DNA from: an uncultured Bacilli bacterium
GTDB taxonomy: Bacteria > Bacillota_I > Bacilli_A > RF39 > UBA660
Direction of reading: 5' to 3'
NCBI GenBank assembly: GCA_963931545.1
Contig: OZ007025.1
Coordinates: 887,692 to 951,691 of the forward strand
DNA length: 64,000 nucleotides
This document shows positions 28,261 through 38,682 of this stretch, one piece after another (positions within the stretch are counted from its first letter, which is position 1; the number at the start of each line of letters is the position of its first letter). The position numbers were made by a program, and so were the translations under genes. Below the pieces are notes generated by a model. The model worked only from the letters and a program-made list of their open reading frames with translations, made no database searches and was not told the DNA's origin.

Positions 28261-30786
28261 TTAGTTATTACCAAAATCATCTAGAAAATCATCAATTGTT
28301 AAGATTTGTTTATCTATTTTTTCTAAAGAAATTTCTTTCTTAGGTTTATCAATTTCTGTATTTTCTGCACCATTTTCTAAATCTTTAGAGGTCAGTAAAT
28401 CTGCACTTACAAATACTTTTTTTACCTTATCTTTAGTGATAGTTGAACCCGTTTGATATCTATCACAAATTGGAAATTCTGATGATTTATGGTAGGTTAT
28501 TTTATCAGTTAAAATACCTATTTCTTTTTTATGATTAAGAATTAAAGCTGAGACTAATTTATATGGATTTGTTTTAACATCTCTTATTGCAAGTAATCCT
28601 TTACGGGCTCTTGTCATAACATCAAATTCGTTTATTTTAACTCTTTTTCCCGTTCCTTTGTCGGTAACAAATAAAACATATTCGGCGGTTGCATTAAATG
28701 AGTTTCCACTAATAACATAATCATCTTTTAAGTTAATTGCTTTAACTCCACTACCTCTTAGACCAGTTAATGGAATTTCATCGGTTTTATATCTTAAAGC
28801 TAATCCATTATGAGTGGTTACTAATACTTCTTCTTTTTCTTTAACGACTGATACAACTTTATCTTTTGGTTTTAATTTCATTAAGTTGACAGGTTTAGTA
28901 TATCTTTGAACTTTTAAATCTTTAATGTTTGTTCTTTTAACCATACCATTTTTAGTAAATGAAATGAAATTTACATTTTCTTTAAAGTCTTTAGTTAAGA
29001 ATGAAGCAATAATATCTTCATCACTACTTATTTTAATGATATTACTGATGTGTTTACCTAAATCTTTCCATTTTAAATCAGGTAATTCATAAACAGGAAC
29101 GTAAAGGAAGTTTCCAAGTGATGTAAATAGTAGTAAAGTGTCCATGGTATTAGCTTCATAGATAGCTGTTTTAAAGTCTTTATCTTTTAAACCTGTTTCA
29201 TCACTATTAGAAGCTGAATAACTTCTTAAGGATACTCTTTTTACATAACCTTCATTAGTTAAAACAACTATGCATTCTTCTTTTGGAATTAATGAGGATG
29301 TGTCTATTTTAATTTCAGTTACTTCGTCTTTTATCTCTGTTTTTCTAGGTGTAGCATATTCTTTTTTAATCATTTTTAGTTCTGTTTTCATAACATGTTT
29401 TAAAGCTTCTTCGTTTTCTAAAATCTGAGTCCAGATAGCTATTTCTTTTTTCTTTTCTTCTAATTCATTTTCTAATTCCGTGACATCGGTATTGGTTAAT
29501 TTATATAATTGTAAATTTACAATGGCTTCAGCTTGGGGTTTTGTAAAATCAAATTCGGTTTGCAAGTTTTCGATAGCATTGGCTTTATTTTTAGAAGCTC
29601 TAATAACTTTAATTACTTCGTCTAATATAGATAAAGCTTTGATTAAGCCTTCTAAAATGTGCATTCTAGCTTTGGCTACTTTTAAATCAAATTCGGTTCT
29701 TCTGGTAATTACTTCTTTTTGATGAGCAATATAGGCATCTAATATTTCTAAAATGCCTAATACCATTGGTCTTCTATTTACAATAGCTACCATATTATAG
29801 TTATAAGAAATCATCATATCGGTATTTTTAAGTAAGTAATTTATGATTAATTCTTCGTTAGCATCTTTTTTTAAATCAATAGCTATTTGAAGCCCATTTC
29901 TATCGGTTTCATCTCTAATTTCAGATATTCCTTCTATCTTTTTTTCAATTCTAATTTCGTCTATTTTTTTTACTAATGAGGCTTTATTTACTTCATAAGG
30001 TATTTCGGTTATAATTATTTGTCTTTTAGATTTAGGACCTGTTATTTCATATTTACATCTAACATTTATTTTCCCTTTACCAGTAGTAAAAGCATCTTTG
30101 ATTCCTTTTAAACCTTCGGCAACTCCACCTGTCGGAAAGTCTGGTCCTTTGACAATGTCTAAGATACTATCTAACCTACAGTTTGGACTATCAATGCGTT
30201 TAATAGTTGCATCGATTATTTCTCCTAGATTATGTGGTGGTATGTTTGTAGCATATCCAGCTGATATACCTGTCGCACCATTTACTAATAAATTGGGAAA
30301 TCTAGCTGGTAAAACGGTTGGCTCTAATAAAGTATCATCATAGTTTAAACTCATTAAAACTGTATCTTTATTGATATCTTTTAAAAGTTCGCCTGCTACT
30401 TTTGTTAGTCTTGCTTCGGTGTAACGCATGGCTGCGGCACCATCGCCATCCATAGAGCCATTATTACCCTGCATTTCAACATAACATAGGTTGTTTTTCC
30501 ACCACTGACTCATTCTAACTAGAGCATCATAGATACTAGAGTCGCCATGTGGGTGGTAGTAACCCATGATGTTTCCAACAGCTTTAGCTGATTTTTTTGT
30601 TGGTTTATCATAGGTATTACCATCTTTATACATTCCATATAGTATTCTTCTTTGAACTGGTTTTAAGCCATCTCTAACATCTGGTAAAGCTCTATCTTGA
30701 ATAATTGCTTTGGCATATCTACTAAAGCTATCGCCCATGATGTATTCTAGTGAGTAATCATATATTCTCTTTACTGCTTCTTCCAA
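28261..30786 (-). CDS. parC: DNA topoisomerase IV subunit A
   Basis: The sequence IIQDRALPDVRDGLKPVQRRILY is ParC-type (VQRR rather than the GyrA VHRR). The gene is 841 aa and lies downstream of a ParE-like gene. Confidence 0.8.
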   Translation of the reverse strand: MEEAVKRIYDYSLEYIMGDSFSRYAKAIIQDRALPDVRDGLKPVQRRILYGMYKDGNTYDKPTKKSAKAVGNIMGYYHPHGDSSIYDALVRMSQWWKNNLCYVEMQGNNGSMDGDGAAAMRYTEARLTKVAGELLKDINKDTVLMSLNYDDTLLEPTVLPARFPNLLVNGATGISAGYATNIPPHNLGEIIDATIKRIDSPNCRLDSILDIVKGPDFPTGGVAEGLKGIKDAFTTGKGKINVRCKYEITGPKSKRQIIITEIPYEVNKASLVKKIDEIRIEKKIEGISEIRDETDRNGLQIAIDLKKDANEELIINYLLKNTDMMISYNYNMVAIVNRRPMVLGILEILDAYIAHQKEVITRRTEFDLKVAKARMHILEGLIKALSILDEVIKVIRASKNKANAIENLQTEFDFTKPQAEAIVNLQLYKLTNTDVTELENELEEKKKEIAIWTQILENEEALKHVMKTELKMIKKEYATPRKTEIKDEVTEIKIDTSSLIPKEECIVVLTNEGYVKRVSLRSYSASNSDETGLKDKDFKTAIYEANTMDTLLLFTSLGNFLYVPVYELPDLKWKDLGKHISNIIKISSDEDIIASFLTKDFKENVNFISFTKNGMVKRTNIKDLKVQRYTKPVNLMKLKPKDKVVSVVKEKEEVLVTTHNGLALRYKTDEIPLTGLRGSGVKAINLKDDYVISGNSFNATAEYVLFVTDKGTGKRVKINEFDVMTRARKGLLAIRDVKTNPYKLVSALILNHKKEIGILTDKITYHKSSEFPICDRYQTGSTITKDKVKKVFVSADLLTSKDLENGAENTEIDKPKKEISLEKIDKQILTIDDFLDDFGNN

Positions 30787-30796
30787 TTTTGTTCAC

Positions 30797-32704
30797 CTAC
30801 TTTGCATAATTATCTTCTAAGGTAAATTCGATATTTTCTTCTATCCATTTTTTTCTTGGCTCAACGTTATCGCCCATTAAAACACTAACCCTTCTTTCAG
30901 CTAGGGCTGCGTCGGTTAGATTTACTTTGATGAGACTTCTTTTTTTAGGGTCCATGGTTGTTTCCCATAGTTGTTCGGCGTTCATTTCTCCTAATCCTTT
31001 ATATCTTTGTTTTTCTAATTTTATTTTGTTATTTTTTCTAATTTCTTCGGCCCCTTCATCATCCCAGGCATAGCCATATATTTTGTTGCCATTTTTTAAA
31101 GCATATAAAGGAGGCATAGCTATGTATAGGTGTCCATTTTCAATTAATGGTTTCATAAATCGATAGAAAAACGTTAATAGTAATATGGCAATATGAGCTC
31201 CATCATCATCGGCATCGGTCATGATTATTACTTTATCATAGTTACAGTCTTCTATTTTAAAGTCACTACCTATTCCTGCACCAATTGTTTGAATCATGGT
31301 ATTTATTTCATTGTTAGCTAAAACATCGGTTAGTGAGGCTTTTTCGGTATTTATTACTTTACCTCTTAAAGGTAAAATAGCTTGGAATTTTCTATCTCTA
31401 CCTTGTTTAGCTGAGCCACCAGCTGAATCTCCTTCGACTAAGAATAATTCATTTATTTTGGAATTTTTGGTTTGGGCTGGGGTAAATTTATCACTGATTG
31501 ATTTTTCTTTTCTATTTTTTCCTTTACCATTTCTAGCTTCGTCTCTAGCTTTTCTAGCTGCTTCTCTAACTTGCTTTGATTTAACCATTTTTTCTAGTAT
31601 TTTAGTAGCTATTTCTTTATTTTCTTCTAGGAAGAATTGTAAATGTTCTGTCGTAATACTATCGGTTACTGTTCTAGCTATTGGAGAGCCTAATTTTCCT
31701 TTGGTTTGACCTTCGAACTGTAATAATTTTTCTGGTATTTGCAGACTTATGATAGCGGTTAGTCCTTCTCTTGTATCTGGTCCTTCGAAATTTTTATCTT
31801 TTTGTTTTAAATAACCATTATTTCTTGCATAATCATTAAACACTCTAGTTAAAGCAGTTTTGAAACCAACTTCATGTGTACCACCATCTGATGTTTTAAC
31901 GTTGTTGACAAATGAGATTATATTTTCCGAATAACTTTCAGTATATTGAAAAGCTATTTCGACATTGATACCATCTTTTTCTCCTTTGAAATCAAATGGT
32001 TTATGAAGTACTTTTTTATCTGTATTTAAATATTCGGCAAAAGCGTTTAAACCTTTTTCATAATGATAAGATTCTTTTCTATCCGTATTTTCATCATATA
32101 TTTCAATAGTTAAATTTTTAAGTAAGAAAGCACTTTCTTGCATTCTTTCGCATATGGTAGAAAAAGAAAAAGTGGTATTTTGAAATATTTCATCATCTGG
32201 CATGAATCTAACTTTGACACCAGTTTTATTTGTCTTACCTATTTTTGTTAATTTTTTATCTAAATGTCCTCCATTTTTAAAACTAATAAAGTATTCAGCT
32301 CCATCTCTTTTGATATTGACTTCCATCCATTTACTTAAAGCATTAACAACAGAAGCTCCAACACCATGAAGTCCACCAGATACTTTATAGCCTGATGTTT
32401 CAAATTTACCTCCAGCGTGCAGAACGGTATAGATAACTTCTGGGGTTGATTTACCACTTTCATGCATTCCTACTGGTATTCCTCTACCAGAATCTTCTAC
32501 ACTAATACTTCCATCTTTATGCATGGTTATATTTATTTTATTACCATAACCGTTTATAGCTTCATCAATACTATTATCGACAATTTCCCATACTAGGTGG
32601 TGAAGCCCTCTTTTATCTGTTGAGCCAATATACATTCCTGGTCTTTTTCTAACAGCTTCTAATCCTTCTAATATTTTTATTGAGTGTTCATCATATTTTG
32701 CCAT
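30797..32704 (-). CDS. parE: DNA topoisomerase IV subunit B
   Basis: The sequence LEGLEAVRKRPGMYIGSTDKRGLHHLVWEIVDNSIDEA is present. The 635-aa length and parE-parC gene order fit. Confidence 0.8.
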   Translation of the reverse strand: MAKYDEHSIKILEGLEAVRKRPGMYIGSTDKRGLHHLVWEIVDNSIDEAINGYGNKINITMHKDGSISVEDSGRGIPVGMHESGKSTPEVIYTVLHAGGKFETSGYKVSGGLHGVGASVVNALSKWMEVNIKRDGAEYFISFKNGGHLDKKLTKIGKTNKTGVKVRFMPDDEIFQNTTFSFSTICERMQESAFLLKNLTIEIYDENTDRKESYHYEKGLNAFAEYLNTDKKVLHKPFDFKGEKDGINVEIAFQYTESYSENIISFVNNVKTSDGGTHEVGFKTALTRVFNDYARNNGYLKQKDKNFEGPDTREGLTAIISLQIPEKLLQFEGQTKGKLGSPIARTVTDSITTEHLQFFLEENKEIATKILEKMVKSKQVREAARKARDEARNGKGKNRKEKSISDKFTPAQTKNSKINELFLVEGDSAGGSAKQGRDRKFQAILPLRGKVINTEKASLTDVLANNEINTMIQTIGAGIGSDFKIEDCNYDKVIIMTDADDDGAHIAILLLTFFYRFMKPLIENGHLYIAMPPLYALKNGNKIYGYAWDDEGAEEIRKNNKIKLEKQRYKGLGEMNAEQLWETTMDPKKRSLIKVNLTDAALAERRVSVLMGDNVEPRKKWIEENIEFTLEDNYAK

Positions 32705-33151
32705 GTTATCACCTTATAGAATTATAACAGAAAAATCCTTAAAAAACAAATGAAAATGTCAAGTTATGTGAAGTAATTTTTTATAAAAAGAAACTTATGT
32801 TCTTGTTTTTTTGACTAAGATTTAACTTCTTGAAAAAAATTAGTTTTTTGTTATTGTATATGTAGATAAGATTTTCTCATATAATAAAAAGGAATGTTCA
32901 ATAGTGCTTAGTTGAATGTGCTAATATGGTTGACACTTAAATCAAACAATTGCTTAGATTAGGTGCTTTTTTCTATTTTAAATAATATAATAAGTAGAAG
33001 GGATATTATGGCGTAAAGAGCTTTTTCTCTTTTGGTCATAAGCATCACCTCCAATTCTTATCAATGAATTGGCACACTCAACTTATCAAACGTTCCTTAT
33101 ATATAAGTATAACAAACGCGACACTTATTAAAATAATTTTATAACTTTTTG

Positions 33152-33997
33152 TTATTCTTTTAAAAGTTCTTCTAATGATTTAATATTATATCCCTTAGAG
33201 GTTATATAATTTAATATGACTTCTATTTGGCTATTTAATTCACTGTTTGCATCTAAAGATATTATTGAACCTGGTAATATTTGTTTTTTTATGTTTAAAT
33301 ATGGTTTATTTTTAATTATTATTTGAGGCATGATAGTTATTGAATTTTGAATAGAACATATTTTCAATATTTTTTTATTTGGTTTTTCGGTATAACAGTA
33401 GTTATATATTTGTGGACCTATATTAGTTATAATTGTTTTCATCCAGATAAAATCACTATCTTCATAATCTTCATTATTACTTAAATTACCTATGGTATGA
33501 CCATTTTGAACTAATTTTATGATTTGATTATGATGTTTTTCCAAATATTTACTTTCAATAAAGAAAGTTGCTTTGACTTTTTTTACTTCTAATAGTTTAA
33601 TAATGTTTGTTATGTCATTATTATTACCTACTTTAAAAAGTAAGGTTACATCCATTTTAGTATTGTTACCATTAATTACATATTTATCTTTATTTTTATC
33701 TAAAGTGTTTTCTACTTTTAAAGGCTTATAAACCAATAATTTATCATTAAAATAACCAATCTTACTCATAGCTTCATAACTTTTATTTACATCTACTTCT
33801 TTACCATTTATTCCTGGGATTATAGTATCTTCATTAATTATTGGTTCAATGGCATTTTCTTTATAACCGTCTTTTTTACTTTTAATTTCGGTAAGTAATG
33901 TATCAGTTAGTTTAGCTGTTGTTCCTACTTTTTCAGTATATATAAAGCTACCCACCATAAGGGTTAGTATACCAACCATTTGAAAGAATTTTTTCAT
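33152..33997 (-). CDS. Polysaccharide deacetylase (NodB-homology) with N-terminal membrane anchor
   Basis: A NodB-like block (VTLLFKVGNNN...ATFFIES...NGHTIGNLS) and an N-terminal TM helix are present. Confidence 0.55.
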   Translation of the reverse strand: MKKFFQMVGILTLMVGSFIYTEKVGTTAKLTDTLLTEIKSKKDGYKENAIEPIINEDTIIPGINGKEVDVNKSYEAMSKIGYFNDKLLVYKPLKVENTLDKNKDKYVINGNNTKMDVTLLFKVGNNNDITNIIKLLEVKKVKATFFIESKYLEKHHNQIIKLVQNGHTIGNLSNNEDYEDSDFIWMKTIITNIGPQIYNYCYTEKPNKKILKICSIQNSITIMPQIIIKNKPYLNIKKQILPGSIISLDANSELNSQIEVILNYITSKGYNIKSLEELLKE

Positions 33998-34099
33998 ATG
34001 CTCACCTATGAAATTATATGATTGTATTTTAGCTATATTCTTTGAATATTTTCACAGTTAAGCGATTTTATCATATTATACTGTGAAGGGGGTAATTAT

Positions 34100-34324
34100 A
34101 TGAATGGACAGTTTTATGACTATAGGCAACCTATGCGCCCTAACGGTCCACGTCCAGGAAGGCCTGGTAGACCACCTGGTGGGCCTAACCAAGGCGGATT
34201 TTTAGGCCCATTTATTTTAGGGGGAATTACTGGAGGACTTATTTCTCCATTATTCTGGGGTAATAACCGACCTATATATTATCCTTATTATCCACCATAC
34301 GGTCCTTATCCATATTGGCGCTAA
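34100..34324 (+). CDS. Small Pro/Gly/Tyr-rich protein with central hydrophobic segment
   Basis: A GC-rich 225-bp ORF in an AT-rich genome. It has an RBS-like GAAGGGGG and an extremely biased composition (PGRPGRPPGGPNQGG...YYPYYPPYGPYPYW). Confidence 0.35.
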   Translation: MNGQFYDYRQPMRPNGPRPGRPGRPPGGPNQGGFLGPFILGGITGGLISPLFWGNNRPIYYPYYPPYGPYPYWR

Positions 34325-34335
34325 AGAAAAAGTCT

Positions 34336-35316
34336 CTAATTTGAGGCTTTTTCAATATATTCTTTAGTTACTATATTTAAATCTTTAATTAAAGAAAATA
34401 TTTCTTCTTCATTTTGTAATCTCGTACCACTTGCGAACATATGCCCTCCACCGCCATGATTAGCTACAACTTCATTTATAATTGGTCCTCTTGATCTTAC
34501 TGATATCCTAAAAGAGCCTAATTCTTTATCTTCGGTGGCTGTTACCCAAACTAACATTTCATTTATATGATTAAAACTATTTATCATATTTCCAGGTGTA
34601 GCTGCATCGACATTATATTCTTTTAATGTTTCATCATGAATTATTAAATAGCCAACTTTATTTTCAGTTATTTGATAATTTAATGACATGTAACCTTGAA
34701 ATTTTATTTCTTTATATGGCCTTATATATAATTCATTATATATTTTTGTGATGTCTATATTAGTTTCTTTTAATAATCTACTTACAATATCAAAAGTTTT
34801 AGCATTAGTATAAGAAAACATAAATCTATTTGTATCAGCAATTAATCCTAAATATAGTTTTTCTCCAGCTTCTTTGGTTATTTTTAAATGGGTTTTAAAG
34901 GCTAATTCTAAAACCATTTGTGAAGCGCTTGTTGATTTATCATCTATCCACTCTAAAGAACACATTGTTTCAACATATGGATGATGGTCTATTTTAATAG
35001 AATTTTTTATTCTTCTTGGGTCGATACCATCTACCCTTCTATGGTCTGGTGTATCTGTTACAATTAATAAAGTATTTTCAATATCTTCTGGCAATTTATC
35101 TAATTCACCAATATATTTAAATTTAGCTGCTGGAGAACCTATAACATACACTTTTTTATTTGGAAAATTATCATTTATTATTTGTTTTAAACCTAAAGTA
35201 CTTCCTAATGCATCTGGGTCTGGTCCCACATGTCTAGCTATAATTATAGTTTCAGCTTTTTTTATTTTCTTATATATTTGTTTATGAATATTTGATTTAA
35301 ATAACATTTTAATCAC
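34336..35316 (-). CDS. nrnA: DHH/DHHA1 phosphoesterase NrnA (nanoRNase / pAp phosphatase)
   Basis: DHH motifs (IIIARHVGPDPDALGS, DHH) and the DHHA1 motif GGGGH are present. Confidence 0.75.
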   Translation of the reverse strand: MIKMLFKSNIHKQIYKKIKKAETIIIARHVGPDPDALGSTLGLKQIINDNFPNKKVYVIGSPAAKFKYIGELDKLPEDIENTLLIVTDTPDHRRVDGIDPRRIKNSIKIDHHPYVETMCSLEWIDDKSTSASQMVLELAFKTHLKITKEAGEKLYLGLIADTNRFMFSYTNAKTFDIVSRLLKETNIDITKIYNELYIRPYKEIKFQGYMSLNYQITENKVGYLIIHDETLKEYNVDAATPGNMINSFNHINEMLVWVTATEDKELGSFRISVRSRGPIINEVVANHGGGGHMFASGTRLQNEEEIFSLIKDLNIVTKEYIEKASN

Positions 35317-35399
35317 TCTTTCTTTTATGATTATAACACATTTGATTTTTATACAAAAGAGATGTCAAGAAAATTAATTACTATTTCTTGACATCCTTT

Positions 35400-36720
35400 T
35401 AAAATTAAATACCTCTATTATAATATGAATAGGTCGTGCCACCTCTAAGCGCTATTTGTGTAAAGTCGACTCCATATGGTCTTCCACTTGTTGCTAACAT
35501 CTGAACTTGTAGTAGCACTAACTTGATTGCTCTGTCCCTGTACCCATGCATTTTGACCAGCACTTTGTGGTATAACGGCTAATATATTTGTTCCTGTTCC
35601 GCCAGATATACTTGTGTGTTTCATTATCTATACTATATTCATATTTAGTTATTCCACTATCAGCTTGGGCATTTGATACTACGGTTATACTATTGGTTGT
35701 ACTTGTAGTTGATATGCTTAAACTTATATTATCTACTTTAACTTTTGAAGTTAGTGTTGTATTACTACTAACTGTATATTTATCATCTGGATTTCCTACT
35801 TTAGAACTTCCACTATACCATCCATCTATTATATAGCCTTTATTAGGGGTTATGGTTGGTAAGGTTATTTCACATTCTGTTTCTCTATTATAAATAGTAC
35901 ATGTTTCATTATTTTTTCCTATACTTTCTATATTACTTCCTTTGTTATAGGTTACTTTTATTTCTTTTTTATAGATAGCATATAAGGTACTTGTTCCGAC
36001 TGGCATTTGATATTCTGTTAGTCCTACTAAGGCATCTTTATCGGTATTCCAGCCTACAAATGTCCAGCCATTTTTGTAGGCTTTAATATTTAAATCTACT
36101 TTACTTCCACTTGTTAGATATTCTCCTTCACTATCGGTTCTTTCTCCTCCATTTGTTTTATAATCATAGGTTAATAGATATGTACTTGGGGCTTCTGGGT
36201 CTTTATTTTCTTGAGTATATTCAAATTCTATTTCTACTTCACTTGAAGTTGGCTCTCCTTCATAGTTTGGATTATATTCTATTTTTACATGAACTAATTT
36301 ACTTTTTCCATGTTCTAAGACTTCTCCTTTGGTATATCCTGAGAAGGTTATTATTACCGCTTCACTATTTGAGTTTTGGGTATTTGTTAATATATCATTT
36401 AGTTTAGCATCTAAGGTCCCTCTATTTTCTATGGTTACATCACATTCCATGGCATCGCCTTTTTCATACAAATCGGCTTCCATTGAGGCTGTTAAGGTGG
36501 TCCATGATGGTTTTACTGTATTTTTGGCACTTCCTGTTGGAGTTCCATCTGTGACATTAGTTATTCTTATATCCCAGTTACTAGTTACTTTTGAAGTTCC
36601 TGAGATTTTTAATTCGGTATTAAATGTGGCATAGCCTACCACCATACATAGTAGTATTCCTACTAAACTTAATATTATTATATTTCTTTTCTTTTTCCCT
36701 CTATGCATATTATTCACCAA
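35400..36720 (-). pseudogene. Truncated/internally deleted paralog (copy B) of the surface-protein gene
   Basis: The 5' 1.1 kb is 97% identical to copy A. After the equivalent of A position 22695 the sequence jumps to a block matching A 20855-20761 and then to a diverged 3' end. This deletes about 1.8 kb and leaves a short out-of-frame tail. Confidence 0.5.
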
Positions 36721-36840
36721 TTATATTATACTCCCCCCCCCCCACCATGAAAATTTCAAGTTTTTTTAATACAAAAGTAAAAAAAGAAACAAGGTTTTAC
36801 ACTTATTTCTTTATTTGGGGGTGGCGGGGGTATTTATTTT
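35633..36840. repeat. 1.2 kb direct repeat (copy B) of 22695-23885
   Basis: See the copy A repeat entry. Confidence 0.8.
36733..36830 (-). promoter_or_regulatory. Promoter region of copy B with homopolymeric tract C11 (G11 on coding strand) next to TATAAT, plus the G-rich motif GGGGGTGGCGGGGG
   Basis: On the coding strand the sequence reads TTGAAA-ttttcatggt-G11-ag-TATAAT. A G-rich block lies at 36817-36830. The tract length differs from copy A (11 versus 7). Confidence 0.35.
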
Positions 36841-36872
36841 ATATGAAAAAAAGATATTCTAAATGAAATCCT

Positions 36873-37154
36873 TTATTTTCTATGATACATTGTACGAATT
36901 AATATTTTTCTATTATTATTTAAATTATCTAATCTTAACTTTGTGCATTGTAATGAGGTAATACCTGCTGTTTCAATAATCATACCAGCACAAAAGAATG
37001 CTGAATCAGCATTTAATACTCCATGAGTTATAGCAATAGCACCAGCGAAAATGGTAAATTTTTCTGCTAATTGTTTTATATTTTCGTTAGCTATTTCATC
37101 TTCCTCTCTTAAAATGTCATTAACTATTAATTCGTTTTTTTTATTAAATTTCAT
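36873..37154 (-). CDS. Small hypothetical protein, translationally coupled to trmK
   Basis: The ORF has its own AAAGGAGGA RBS and an ATG overlapping the trmK stop (ATGAAATTTAA). The 93-aa product has a hydrophobic C-terminal half. Confidence 0.3.
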   Translation of the reverse strand: MKFNKKNELIVNDILREEDEIANENIKQLAEKFTIFAGAIAITHGVLNADSAFFCAGMIIETAGITSLQCTKLRLDNLNNNRKILIRTMYHRK

Positions 37155-37608
37155 ATTGTCCTCCTTTATTTTTAGCATATATAATATTATATGTTTTTCC
37201 ATCTTCTATAAAAACTTCTTTATAAATGTAATAATTTTTTGTTTTTAAAAATTCTTTTAATAAATCAATGTTAGTATGGCTTGATAGTATTAAATCATTA
37301 GTTATATCCATGTTTAATATTTTTATTATACTATGAGTACCCATACCGCTTATAACAATTATTTCATCTTTTAATTGTATGTTTTCCAATCCATTATTAG
37401 TTATAGCTTGAATATTTGCTTTATATTTTTCGGCATTTGTTTTGGCTGTTTTTGTACAGAATGGAGATTTGTCTATGGCTAAGCAGTGACAATTTTTATA
37501 TTTATTTAAATAGATGTCTAAAAAGGCGTGGTCTGAGCCAACGTCTATTATATTACTATTTTCATTTATTAAATCACAAATAGCTTGCAACCTTTTAGAT
37601 AACTTCAT
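37144..37608 (-). CDS. trmK: tRNA (adenine22-N1)-methyltransferase TrmK, short form lacking the C-terminal coiled-coil
   Basis: The sequence LSKRLQAICDLINENSNIIDVGSDHAFLDIYL matches the TrmK/YqfN N-terminus. The position directly downstream of rpoD matches B. subtilis. Confidence 0.7.
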   Translation of the reverse strand: MKLSKRLQAICDLINENSNIIDVGSDHAFLDIYLNKYKNCHCLAIDKSPFCTKTAKTNAEKYKANIQAITNNGLENIQLKDEIIVISGMGTHSIIKILNMDITNDLILSSHTNIDLLKEFLKTKNYYIYKEVFIEDGKTYNIIYAKNKGGQYEI

Positions 37609-38682
37609 TTAATCCCCTAGATAATCTTTTAACTTTCTACTTCTTGATGGATGTCTTAATTTTCTTAGTGCTTTAGCTTCTATTTGTCTTATACGTTCAC
37701 GGGTTACTCCAAATAATTGTCCAACTTCTTCTAAAGTCCTAGGTCTACCATCTTCTAAACCAAATCTAAGTCTAATGACTTTTTCTTCTCTTTCAGTTAG
37801 CGTTAATAAAACTTCTGATATTTCATCTTTTAAAAGTTCATTTACAGCAAAATCTTCTGGACTCATGTTGGTTTCATCTGGAATAAAATCGCCTAAGTGC
37901 GAATCATCTTCTTCGCCAATTGGAATTTCTAAGCTAACTGGTTCTTGTGAAATTTTATAAATATCTCTAATTTTTTCAACACTTGTACCCATTTTCTTAG
38001 AAAGTTCTTCTTCGGTTGGCTCTCTATTTAATTCTAAGGTTAATTGTCTTTCTACTCTAGCTAATTTATTTATTGTTTCAACCATATGAACTGGTACTCT
38101 GATTGTTCTTGCTTGGTCGGCAATAGCTCTGGTGATAGCTTGTCTAATCCACCATGTAGCATATGTTGAAAATTTATATCCTTTAGTTACATCAAATTTT
38201 TCTACAGCTTTCATTAATCCGATGTTACCTTCTTGAATTAAATCTAGAAATAACATTCCTCTACCAACATATCTTTTAGCAATACTGACAACTAGACGTA
38301 GGTTTGCTTCAGCTAGAGTTGCTTTGGCTTGTTCATCACCTTCGGCTATTCTATCAGCTAATTCTAATTCTTCTTCAGTTGTAAGTAATTTTATTTGACC
38401 AATTTCTTTTAAATACATTCTAACTGGGTCGTTGATTGTTAAATCTTTGGTTAATAATTCATTACTAACACCACTTGGGTCTTCATCATCTTCTTCATTT
38501 TCTGAAACAACTTTAATATCATTTTCACTTAATGTGTTGTATAAATCATCTAATGAATCAGCATCTAGTTCTAAATTTTTTAATTTTTCTGCCAATTCTT
38601 CATAGGTAATACTTCCCTTTTTTTTACCTAGTTCAATCAACTCTTTTTTTCTTTGTTCAAAAGTTTTAATTTCTTCAAACAT
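37609..38682 (-). CDS. rpoD: RNA polymerase primary sigma factor
   Basis: Regions 1.2 to 4 are present, with [18 protein letters not shown] (region 2) and a C-terminal region 4.2 HTH. The gene lies downstream of dnaG. Confidence 0.9.
   Translation of the reverse strand: MFEEIKTFEQRKKELIELGKKKGSITYEELAEKLKNLELDADSLDDLYNTLSENDIKVVSENEEDDEDPSGVSNELLTKDLTINDPVRMYLKEIGQIKLLTTEEELELADRIAEGDEQAKATLAEANLRLVVSIAKRYVGRGMLFLDLIQEGNIGLMKAVEKFDVTKGYKFSTYATWWIRQAITRAIADQARTIRVPVHMVETINKLARVERQLTLELNREPTEEELSKKMGTSVEKIRDIYKISQEPVSLEIPIGEEDDSHLGDFIPDETNMSPEDFAVNELLKDEISEVLLTLTEREEKVIRLRFGLEDGRPRTLEEVGQLFGVTRERIRQIEAKALRKLRHPSRSRKLKDYLGD

Noticed and set aside
36624-36866. ORF 36624-36866 (+) overlapping the copy B promoter and poly-C tract
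   Set aside because: It reads through a promoter region and homopolymer tracts. It has no RBS and a low-complexity product, so it is probably non-coding.
36873-37608. Frameshifted trmK split into 154-aa and 109-aa ORFs
   Set aside because: The downstream ORF has its own strong RBS (AAAGGAGGA) and its ATG overlaps the trmK stop in a classic coupling arrangement. Its sequence does not resemble the TrmK C-terminal coiled-coil. It was treated as a separate small gene.
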